Assembly (NCBI GenBank): GCA_965222115.1
Contig: CBDCTJ010000007.1
Span: 2,752,001-2,816,000 of the forward strand
Source: Planctomycetota bacterium
GTDB taxonomy: Bacteria > Planctomycetota > PLA2 > JAEUHO01
Direction: 5' to 3'
Length of the DNA stretch: 64,000 nucleotides
The translations under genes were made by a program, and so were the position numbers. This document shows positions 35,609 to 44,043 of the stretch, in pieces (position 1 is the stretch's first letter; each line of letters starts with the position of its first letter). The notes beneath the pieces were generated by a model. That model was not told where the DNA came from. It ran no database searches and saw nothing but the letters and a program-made list of their open reading frames with translations.

Positions 35609-36842
35609 CATTGTGGCCGCCAAAGCCTAGGCTGTTGCTCAATGCGTAGTTGATCTTGAGATCACGCGCTTCATTGGGAATGTAGTCGAGGTCACATTCA
35701 GGATCGGATTCGAACTGGTTGATGGTGGGATGAACCTTGCCCTCAGAGATGCTCATGGCCGTGAACACAGCTTCCACGCCGCCGGAACCGCCCAACAAGT
35801 GTCCTACCATGGACTTGCTCGATGAGATACAGAGCTTGTAGGCGTGATCGCCAAACACGCTCTTGATCGCCGAAGTCTCTGCAGCATCGTTGAGCGCCGT
35901 GCTTGTGCCGTGGGCATTGATGTAATCGATCGTGTCCGGATTGAGCTTGGCGTCCTTGAGTGACAGGTCCATGGCGCGCATGGGGCCAATTCCGCCTGGC
36001 GCGGGTGCGGTAATGTGGTGCGCGTCGGCTGACATACCCGCACCCAACACCTCACAATAGATCTTGGCGCCGCGCTTCTTCGCGTGCTCGTACTCTTCGA
36101 ACACCAACATGCCCGAGCCTTCGCCCATAACGAAACCGTCGCGGTTCTTATCAAAGGGGCGACTGGCTTCTGTCGGCTTGTCATTCCTTCGGGACATGGC
36201 GCGCATGGCATTGAATCCGGCCATGCCCATGGAAGTAATGGTGGCCTCCGTACCGCCCGTTATGCACACGTCCTGTTCGTCCGTGCGAATGCTTCGAAGC
36301 GCTAACGCCATGGCGTGATTGCTTGAGGCGCACGCACTTGCGGTAATGAACGAGGGACCTTGCAAGCCAAAGCGTATGCTCAAGTTGCCTGCAATGGCAT
36401 TCGGCATCATCTTGGGCACAAAGAACGCACTCACGCGTTGTGGCCCCTTTTCCATGATCTTGGTGTGGGTCTGTTCTATTGAGTCCAGACCGCCAATGCC
36501 CGTACCTACGATGGCGCCCGCGCGCTCCGCTTGAAAGGCGTCGCCCTTTTCATTGTCAGGCGAAACAAAGCCCGCGTCGGCCCACGCCTTATCGGCCGCC
36601 GCGATGCCATAGAGCACGCTTAGGTCGAGCTTCTTGATGTTGCGCGCTTGGACGTAGTCGGTGGGCTCGTAGCCTTTGAGTTCGCCCGCAATCAAGCAGG
36701 GCATTTCCATGCCGACGGCGTCAAAACGCGAGATACGTGCGATGCCACTCTCGCCGCGAACAACGCGCCCCCACGACTCGCTCACGCTGAGCCCGCAGGG
36801 GTTGACGGTGCCCAATCCGGTAATGACAACGCGACGGCGCAT
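35583..36842 (-). CDS. fabF: 3-oxoacyl-ACP synthase II
   Basis: RRVVITGLG, SACASS (catalytic Cys), RDGFVMGEGSG, INAHGTST, GHLLG, NSLGFGGHN. Confidence 0.97.
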   Translation of the reverse strand: MRRRVVITGLGTVNPCGLSVSESWGRVVRGESGIARISRFDAVGMEMPCLIAGELKGYEPTDYVQARNIKKLDLSVLYGIAAADKAWADAGFVSPDNEKGDAFQAERAGAIVGTGIGGLDSIEQTHTKIMEKGPQRVSAFFVPKMMPNAIAGNLSIRFGLQGPSFITASACASSNHAMALALRSIRTDEQDVCITGGTEATITSMGMAGFNAMRAMSRRNDKPTEASRPFDKNRDGFVMGEGSGMLVFEEYEHAKKRGAKIYCEVLGAGMSADAHHITAPAPGGIGPMRAMDLSLKDAKLNPDTIDYINAHGTSTALNDAAETSAIKSVFGDHAYKLCISSSKSMVGHLLGGSGGVEAVFTAMSISEGKVHPTINQFESDPECDLDYIPNEARDLKINYALSNSLGFGGHNVTVAFGKI

Positions 36843-36904
36843 GCGGTACTACCCATCCTTTCGACGTGCTCAAAAAGCGGCGCGCGCTTCACGAATCAAT
36901 CGGG

Positions 36905-37153
36905 CTAATCTTCTTTGTCGAGGTGCTCTTCGATGTAGCGAACCGCATCGCCGACGGTCTTGATTTTCTCGGCCTCTTCATCGGGAATGCTGGTCTTGAA
37001 CACGTCTTCAAGCTCCATCACAAGCTCGACCGTGTCGAGGCTGTCGGCGCCGAGATCTTCGATGAATGACGTTGACTCGGTGACCTTGTCTTCGCTCTGA
37101 CCCATCTGTTCACAGACGATCTTAATGACTTTTTCCTTGATGCTCTCGCCCAT
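36905..37153 (-). CDS. acpP: Acyl carrier protein
   Basis: [32 protein letters not shown]. Confidence 0.97.
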   Translation of the reverse strand: MGESIKEKVIKIVCEQMGQSEDKVTESTSFIEDLGADSLDTVELVMELEDVFKTSIPDEEAEKIKTVGDAVRYIEEHLDKED

Positions 37154-37420
37154 GGCAAATCTCCTAGAACTGAATCGCCACCGAATCGGGGCTCCGCGTT
37201 GCACAGCAAACCCGTGTTCGCGGTGCGGTCAATGGGAATCCTCGATCAGCGACCGCAACTTGCGCGGCGGGCGCAAGAAACCATCCCCGGCAGGGATTCA
37301 CAAGCATGATCGCCGGACCGTACCCGGAAATCCGCGCATGCGGACGCATTCGCCCCGGTGGGCCCAAAAAACACGCCGCAGACAGCCGCTCCGGGCTCGG
37401 ACGCCATTCGTCGGGTCCGA

Positions 37421-38173
37421 CTATGTGATCATGCCGCCGTCCACCGGCAACACTTGCCCCGTGATGTATCCCGCACCGCTCGATGCCAGAAACACCACCG
37501 CCTGAGCCACGTCCTCGGCATCACCGAGGCGCGCCAAAGGGATGCGACTCATGAGCTCGTCCGCCGCGCCGTCTGGAAGGCCTGCGGTCATGTCGGTCCT
37601 GATGAATCCGGGCGCAATAGCGTTCACCGTGACGCTGCGGCCTGCCAGTTCTTTGGCGGTCGCTTTCGTGAAACCAATGATGCCAGCCTTGCTAGCGGCG
37701 TAGTTGGACTGTCCCGCATTGCCGGTGACCCCCACCACCGACGTGATGTTGATAATGCGCCCGCGTCTACTTTTCATGATGCGTCGGCACGCGGCGCGGG
37801 TCATCTGAAAGGTGCCCGTGAGATTCACGTCGAGCACGCGTTGCCAGTCTTCATCGGACATACGCATCAAAATGCCGTCCCGCGTAATGCCCGCGTTGTT
37901 GACGAGAATGTCCAGTCCCCCGCCGTGCTCAACGGCAGCGGCAACGGCGGCGTCTGCGTCTTCACGCTTGCTCACGTCGCTTGCCTGAAAGCAAACACGT
38001 GTCGCGTCACTGCACGTCGCAATGGTTTCCTTAGCGGCTTCGGCGTTTGTTCCCGTGAATAACACCTTGGCACCCTGATCGACGAGCGCCTTTACGATGG
38101 CGCGCCCAATACCACGCGTGCCACCCGTTACGAGCGCCGATGCGCCTTCTACATGCATGAACGGCGTCGTCAC
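37421..38173 (-). CDS. fabG: 3-oxoacyl-ACP reductase
   Basis: TGGTRGIG, NNAGITRD, GQSNYAASKAG, APGFIRTDMT; fab cluster context. Confidence 0.95.
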   Translation of the reverse strand: MTTPFMHVEGASALVTGGTRGIGRAIVKALVDQGAKVLFTGTNAEAAKETIATCSDATRVCFQASDVSKREDADAAVAAAVEHGGGLDILVNNAGITRDGILMRMSDEDWQRVLDVNLTGTFQMTRAACRRIMKSRRGRIINITSVVGVTGNAGQSNYAASKAGIIGFTKATAKELAGRSVTVNAIAPGFIRTDMTAGLPDGAADELMSRIPLARLGDAEDVAQAVVFLASSGAGYITGQVLPVDGGMIT

Positions 38174-39135
38174 TGCGCGCTCCTCTCAGATTGGTTGTTG
38201 ATAAACTCGTCGAGCGCCTCGGTCGACGAGACATTGGTAACGGGCATATCGTCGAGGATGCGACGTACCAATGCACTGAGTACACGCCCGGGCGCTGATT
38301 CGATCATGGTTGCCACCTTCATGGACGCTGCGTGGCGCACGCAGTCCATGAACAAGACCGGGCTTGTCACCTGACGAATCACATTGGCGCGCAATACATT
38401 GGCGTCGGTCGATGCTTCCGCCGTGACATTGGAAATGACCGGTACGCGCGGCGTTTCAACGGTGACGTGGTCAAGCGCAGCCTCGAGACGTTTGGCTCCC
38501 GGTGCCATGAGGGAACTATGGAAAGCGCCCGCAACCTGTAGGCGGCGCGGGCGGCGAATGCCTTCGTCGGTCGCAATCCGCTCGGCCGCTTCCAAGCTCG
38601 GCGCATCCCCACTAATGACGACTTGCCCGGGGGCATTCAAGTTGGCAACCCCACATACGCCGCCCGTTTCTTCACGAACGGCCGTACACACTGTCTCGGC
38701 CTGTTCGCGTTCGCAGCGCAAAGCAAGCAGGCCCGACGGCGTGGCTTCGCTTGCCTCTTGCATACCGATGCCACGTTCACGCACCAGAGTGAGGGCGTCG
38801 CGCAACGACAGGGCGCCCGCCGCCCAAAGTGCCGTGAACTCGCCGAGGCTCAAACCGAAACAGACAACCGTATCGTCGTCGGACAACGCGCCCGCCTCAC
38901 GCATCGCCTCCACCGTGGCCGCGCCTGCGGCCAAAATCGCCGGTTGTTGGATGTCGGTGCGTACGAGCGCCTTGAGTGGTCCCTCGCGACAGAGCGTGAG
39001 TAGGTCAATCTCCAAGACATCGGAGGCTTCAGCGAATACCGCCGCGGCGCGCTCGTAGCGGTCCGCAAAATCGACACCCATGCCAACGTGCTGGGCGCCT
39101 TGGCCCGGAAAGATCAACGCGGCGCGACGGCTCAT
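38170..39135 (-). CDS. fabD: Malonyl-CoA:ACP transacylase
   Basis: FPGQGAQ, QPAI, GLSLGE, ANLNAPGQVVISG, VAGAFHS. Confidence 0.95.
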   Translation of the reverse strand: MSRRAALIFPGQGAQHVGMGVDFADRYERAAAVFAEASDVLEIDLLTLCREGPLKALVRTDIQQPAILAAGAATVEAMREAGALSDDDTVVCFGLSLGEFTALWAAGALSLRDALTLVRERGIGMQEASEATPSGLLALRCEREQAETVCTAVREETGGVCGVANLNAPGQVVISGDAPSLEAAERIATDEGIRRPRRLQVAGAFHSSLMAPGAKRLEAALDHVTVETPRVPVISNVTAEASTDANVLRANVIRQVTSPVLFMDCVRHAASMKVATMIESAPGRVLSALVRRILDDMPVTNVSSTEALDEFINNQSERSAQ

Positions 39136-40157
39136 GAAGCGGCCCCTCTTAGGTCGGCGGGTGGATCATTGGCGAGACGCTCAACGATGCGCTCGCTCAC
39201 ACGCCCAAGAACAAATTTTCGAATGGCTCCGACGGCACTTGTGAAGGCGTGCGCACGGCTTCGCCCGTGACCAATCATGTAGCCGCCTCGAACGCCAAGC
39301 AAGGGGGCGCCGCCGTATTCGGAATAGTCCACACTTTGGATCATGCTGGCGAGGATTTCCTTGGGATTGATGCCCTTGATCTTCGCAAGGATGGGCGCTA
39401 AACCCGCAAGGACAAACTCCGCCATCGCTTCCGCGGATTTGAGCGCGATGTTTCCCACGAATCCATCCGCAACAACAACGTCGGCATAGTCCGTAAACAA
39501 CTGACGCGGCTCGACGTTGCCGATGAAACCGGGCACGGGGTTGGCACGAAATGCCTCCCACGCGGCTTCCACCATGCGGTTGCCCTTGTGCTCTTCTTCG
39601 CCAATCGACAGAATGCCAATCTTGGGCGATGCAGTATCAAAGGCGGCACGGACATATTCCGAACCCATGGCGGCATATTGGTGGAGATGGCTTGGCCGCG
39701 CATCGGGGTTGGCGCCGCCGTCAATCACAATCGTGGCGCCTTCGCGCCGAGGAAACGGCACGGCGATGCCGGTGCGCTTTACGCCCTGCAATCGACGGCA
39801 ATACAACGTAGCGGCGGCAACGGCCGCACCCGTGCTACCCATATTGACTACGCCATCGACTTCATCGGCACTCAGCAGTTCTGCGCATACACGCGCGCTG
39901 CATGTGGGATCACTTCGAATGGTGCGTACCGGATCATCGTTCATGCCAACCACGCCGGGTGCTTCGACAACACGGAATCGCGGTTGTAGCGCATCGACGT
40001 CTGTCGCGCGTGCCAACTCCGTCTCAATCGCATCGGGGGCGCCGACGAACGCGAGTTCCACGTCGTCATGAACACGGAGCGCTTGCAGGGCGCCGGCAAC
40101 CGGTTCGGCGGGAGCGAAATCGCCACCCATAGCATCGATGGCGACTCGAATCGGCAT
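39132..40157 (-). CDS. plsX: Phosphate acyltransferase PlsX
   Basis: IDAMGGDFAP, GSTGA, DGGAN, IGEEEHKGN, DGFVGNIALK, YGGAPLLGV, HGRS. Confidence 0.95.
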   Translation of the reverse strand: MPIRVAIDAMGGDFAPAEPVAGALQALRVHDDVELAFVGAPDAIETELARATDVDALQPRFRVVEAPGVVGMNDDPVRTIRSDPTCSARVCAELLSADEVDGVVNMGSTGAAVAAATLYCRRLQGVKRTGIAVPFPRREGATIVIDGGANPDARPSHLHQYAAMGSEYVRAAFDTASPKIGILSIGEEEHKGNRMVEAAWEAFRANPVPGFIGNVEPRQLFTDYADVVVADGFVGNIALKSAEAMAEFVLAGLAPILAKIKGINPKEILASMIQSVDYSEYGGAPLLGVRGGYMIGHGRSRAHAFTSAVGAIRKFVLGRVSERIVERLANDPPADLRGAAS

Positions 40158-40280
40158 CCGTACTCCCTACGCGCGTTGATCTAGCTTCGTCTTGCGGAGT
40201 GAACCCAACACGTAGCCTCAAATGAGAACTGAAGCTTGACGCGCCGCTGGATCCTGTCGGCAGAAACCGCTAGTTCTCTC

Positions 40281-40463
40281 CTACTCGTCTTCTTTGTTGA
40301 AGACTTCGCGACCCCGGTAGTAGCCGCAATTGTCACAGACGCGGTGCCGCGGACCGCGTGTTCCACAACGGGGGCAGTCGCGTAGATTCTTTGCGGTGAG
40401 GGCGTGGTGGGCTGCGCGCATGCGCGTGCGACGCTTGCTCAGCTTGCGCATCGGGACGGCCAT
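40281..40463 (-). CDS. rpmF: 50S ribosomal protein L32
   Basis: MAVPMRKLSKRRTRMR, CPRCG..HRVCDNCGYYRGR. Confidence 0.95.
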   Translation of the reverse strand: MAVPMRKLSKRRTRMRAAHHALTAKNLRDCPRCGTRGPRHRVCDNCGYYRGREVFNKEDE

Positions 40464-40634
40464 GATCGCTCCTCTGTTTCTTCTGCGTTCTGCTTCCCGT
40501 GGCCGCTTCTGGGCGGCTGCTCGTGGGTGGCGGCGCGGGTTGCGGGTGCTCGTGAGGACGACGAAAACCGTCGACACACGGACGCGGAGATTACCCCTGA
40601 CGTCGGGTAGGTCAAGCGTCCTCGGCGGGTCACC

Positions 40635-42185
40635 TCAGGAAACCGCCTCGGGTGCCCATGACCGCTGCCCGTTAAGTGCCCGTTCGCGCGTGCCCAGTGA
40701 CCGGCAAAGCGCCAGCGCCGCGTCATGTGCCATGTAAGGAATGGTCACGACCGCGCCGTCGTTGCCCCCCGCTACATCGATCCGCATGGTGGCATGGCCG
40801 TAACGTCGATCAAAGGGCGAGTGGTGAATCGAGCTGCCTTGCACACGATGAAAGGGCAAGAGGGTCGTCGCTCGTGTCAATACCCCTCGCTGCCAATGAA
40901 TGCCCCACGGCGAAGTGCACCATCGCATAGCGCGATACGTCGCTCCGGCCCACCACCACGCCAGGGGTACGCCTGTCAATAGCGCGAGTTTGCCCCACGT
41001 CCCGAGCCACAACGCGGCAGGCAACAACAACAGAAGCGAGAGCACGACGCCGCGCTTTCGAAGCCGCCGCTTGGCACCGGCCGCGAGGGACTGCCAGTCC
41101 TCGCCCCCCCACCTGGCGCCATCAAGCACTTGCGGCAGCAAGCCCTCAAGTTGTTCTGTTTTGAGTATGGGTGCGATGCGATGGGTCGCGATCGTGGCGG
41201 CCGTTTCACTGGCGCCTGCCGGCGCCGCAGATGACGCCTGCAATGCGGCGAAGCCAAGCTTTCTAGGAATGAGTGGCGCGTGTACGACCAATGCTTGAAT
41301 GCGCGAGCGTGGCACTGTGGCACGAATTCGCGTCCAGAGTCCGCACGCAACGTGCAGATCGTCGCCATCACGAGTAAGTGTGAATTTGTAGTAGCGTACT
41401 AGCGCCCACAGCACAGACAGGCCAATCAACATCGCTCCGATGACCAAGGCAAACACCGCAACAAATGTCAGCGCGCCCACAACGCCCCGCGCGCTAAGCG
41501 AGTCGTACCACGCGCCGAACGGTAGCGATTCGATGAGGCCGTCGATCGCCCCCGTCTGCTGCACGGCCATATAGGATCCCGCGACGACCGCGAGTCCCTT
41601 GCCGGCAACGAGCCCGAGGATGGCGATGTGATCCCCGGGAACACGGAGGAGAACGTTTTCCGGGGCGGCATCCTGTGTGTGCACCGACGCGGGTCGTTCT
41701 TCGTCGCTCGCGGCCCCTGTCGCTACGTTCGCGCGTGCGACTTCGGCTTGTAGGCGCTCGACATGACGCAAATGAATCACGCGCAGCTTGGCTTCCGCAT
41801 CGGCGCCCGACGCACTCTCAATACGCACTTCGGCCACACGAAAGAACTGATGTATGGGGTTTTGGATAACATTGAGGTTTTGAACGCGGTCCCACGGCAG
41901 ACGCCGGTCCTGCTTCCAAATGAGCCCGGTGCGAATCACCAATTCCTTGGGTTCAATCGTCCAGCGCAGCGATATGTAGCGCGCCAACGACGTAAGAACA
42001 CTGACGCCAAAGATGGTGAGTACAAAGATCAGCAACGCACCCTGGAAGGATCCGAACACCATGAGCACGATGGGGAGTGCCGCACTCCACACCGCTTGAA
42101 TCAAATCAAAGACAAGCGTCGAAGGATGAAGGCGACGCGTTACGGGTTCTACGTTTGCGTGAGCAGATGGCGCAGCGTTAGACAC
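40635..42185 (-). CDS. YdbT-like membrane protein with bacterial PH domains
   Basis: RRLHPST, RTGLIWKQDRRLPWDRVQ, VPRSRIQ, HRVQG..SPFDRRYG; start approximate. Confidence 0.8.
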   Translation of the reverse strand: MSNAAPSAHANVEPVTRRLHPSTLVFDLIQAVWSAALPIVLMVFGSFQGALLIFVLTIFGVSVLTSLARYISLRWTIEPKELVIRTGLIWKQDRRLPWDRVQNLNVIQNPIHQFFRVAEVRIESASGADAEAKLRVIHLRHVERLQAEVARANVATGAASDEERPASVHTQDAAPENVLLRVPGDHIAILGLVAGKGLAVVAGSYMAVQQTGAIDGLIESLPFGAWYDSLSARGVVGALTFVAVFALVIGAMLIGLSVLWALVRYYKFTLTRDGDDLHVACGLWTRIRATVPRSRIQALVVHAPLIPRKLGFAALQASSAAPAGASETAATIATHRIAPILKTEQLEGLLPQVLDGARWGGEDWQSLAAGAKRRLRKRGVVLSLLLLLPAALWLGTWGKLALLTGVPLAWWWAGATYRAMRWCTSPWGIHWQRGVLTRATTLLPFHRVQGSSIHHSPFDRRYGHATMRIDVAGGNDGAVVTIPYMAHDAALALCRSLGTRERALNGQRSWAPEAVS

Positions 42186-42702
42186 CACCGGCTCCCACAC
42201 CTTCCCCTCGAAGTTCATCGCGGAGCGCTGACGCCGTCTCGTGAGGAAGGCCGTAAATGGTTACGACCGCATCCGACGTACCGGCCGTATGGAGATGCAG
42301 CCGCCCGAGCCGAAACGCACGCTCGAGAGGTCCCTGCGTAACGTCAAAGTATTGAATCCGGCTACGAGGCACGAGGTAGTGGTTTCGCCACCACGCCCCC
42401 TCGCGGTACTCCACGCGATCATCAAAGACGGCGTAGCCCGCATGGCGAAAGTGAAGTTGCGGAACGATCACCAAGAGCACGGCATCGACCACGATCCATG
42501 CGATCCCCAGCGCAAGGAGCACGCCGCGCACGGCCGGCGTGAACCACGCCTCGGAATACATGATCAGGCTACCGACACCGACGACTAAACACTCCATCAC
42601 GATCCGAATCAACCCCGAACGACGTAGATAGGGTACGACATTCGGGTCCAGGGATTGCCATGCCGGCGTGGCGGGTCCATCGACTGTTCGTTCGTCGCTC
42701 AT
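42178..42702 (-). CDS. YdbS-like membrane protein with bacterial PH domain
   Basis: Two TMs; VPRSRIQYFDVTQGPLERAFRLG, TAGT, IYGL. Confidence 0.85.
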   Translation of the reverse strand: MSDERTVDGPATPAWQSLDPNVVPYLRRSGLIRIVMECLVVGVGSLIMYSEAWFTPAVRGVLLALGIAWIVVDAVLLVIVPQLHFRHAGYAVFDDRVEYREGAWWRNHYLVPRSRIQYFDVTQGPLERAFRLGRLHLHTAGTSDAVVTIYGLPHETASALRDELRGEGVGAGGV

Positions 42703-42779
42703 CCGCGTAGCCTATATGCCCAGTGCGGCGACTAGCGCGATTCAGCCGGTCGCTGGACACGACGAGGAGGTAACGACGG

Positions 42780-43508
42780 ATGACTCAAGAGTGGCGCTAC
42801 GAAGCATCGCTGCCCGGTGACATGACGCACACGATTCAGGTGGAAACCGAGGCAGACGATGTGGATTTCAATCTCGTCGTATTGGATGAGCAGGGGAACG
42901 AAGTGGCGCGCGACGACAGCCCTCGTTCGGATGCGCACGTCGCGTTCGATACCAGCGAAGGTGGGGCCTACGTTATCGTTGTTGAACTGGTGAAGGGGCG
43001 AGCGGGATTCAGTCTCAAGGCGTCATCGAAATCTCGGAACGTTCCCGATCCCTTGGCGACGATAGAAGCGATACAGACTGTCACGGCGGCGGAGATCGAT
43101 GAATTGATCGCTGCACACAATCGGTGGCGTGCGCGGTACGGTGTCGCACCGCTGTCTTGGTCTGATGACCTGGCAACGGTTGCATCCGATTGGGCGCGTA
43201 CCCTAGCTACATCCGGCATGAAGATGCGTCACCGCACGCCCAATCGCTACGGAGAAAACATCTATTGGTGTCGAGGGAAGCAAGCGAGCCCGGACGACGT
43301 GGTGGATGCATGGGGCAGCGAAGTTGAGTACTACGATGAAGCCAAGAACAACTGGTGGCCGCGCGCAGGCCACTGGAGCCAAGTCGTTTGGCACAACACA
43401 ACACACGTCGGTGGCGGTGTCGCACGCGTGGGCGACCAAGAGATGTGGGTCTGCAACTACGCTCCACGCGGAAATTGGAGCGGTGAACGCCCGTTTTCCG
43501 CACACTAG
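42780..43508 (+). CDS. PPC-domain + CAP/SCP (PR-1-like) protein
   Basis: DFNLVVLDEQGNEVARDD (PPC-like); AHNRWRARYGVAPLSW, YGENIY, GHWSQVVW, VCNYAPRGN. Confidence 0.85.
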   Translation: MTQEWRYEASLPGDMTHTIQVETEADDVDFNLVVLDEQGNEVARDDSPRSDAHVAFDTSEGGAYVIVVELVKGRAGFSLKASSKSRNVPDPLATIEAIQTVTAAEIDELIAAHNRWRARYGVAPLSWSDDLATVASDWARTLATSGMKMRHRTPNRYGENIYWCRGKQASPDDVVDAWGSEVEYYDEAKNNWWPRAGHWSQVVWHNTTHVGGGVARVGDQEMWVCNYAPRGNWSGERPFSAH

Positions 43509-43535
43509 CGCTCCGCTAGCAAATCCTCGGTCGAC

Positions 43536-43970
43536 TTACTTGTCGCGTACTTCTTTGATTTTTTCCTGTAGTGCGTTCCACGCAGCATCAAACTTGTCAC
43601 GTGCGCCGTCCCACGCGTCGCCGCTGGCATCCTTGGCCGCAGCGAGGGCATTCTTCGTATCTTCCCATCGCGCGGCCAGGGAGTCTTTCGCGTCGGCGCC
43701 AAGTTTGGATGCCTTCTCCTTGGCGCTATCAAGTGTTGATTCCGCATTCTCCATAGCTTTTGAGAACAACGCGACCGCTTCATCTTTGCGTCCCGCGGTG
43801 TAGTTCGATATCGCGTTCCACGTCTTCTTGAGACCCGCGCCGATCTCCTTTGCGTCACGTTTCGCGTCGGCGCCGCAGCCAGATAGTGCGAAACATGCCA
43901 CGGAAAGTGCGGCCACAGTCAGTCCGATTCGAAAGGATGTTGAGCGTTGAATCATGGCTTCGTCCTTCAT
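43536..43970 (-). CDS. Small helical lipoprotein (apolipoprotein/YtxH-like repeats)
   Basis: Lipobox LSGC; amphipathic 11-mer-like repeats. Confidence 0.7.
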   Translation of the reverse strand: MKDEAMIQRSTSFRIGLTVAALSVACFALSGCGADAKRDAKEIGAGLKKTWNAISNYTAGRKDEAVALFSKAMENAESTLDSAKEKASKLGADAKDSLAARWEDTKNALAAAKDASGDAWDGARDKFDAAWNALQEKIKEVRDK

Positions 43971-44043
43971 CTCGCGCGCGCCTCACCGATCGAGGCGTAC
44001 ACCACAAGTGTATGTCGACGTCAAGGGGAACGACGCCGGCTCA

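Noticed and set aside
37160-37420. Hairpin-rich fabG-acpP intergenic region as an ncRNA
   Set aside because: Only short local hairpins without long-range nesting; compatible with a GC-rich promoter/terminator region
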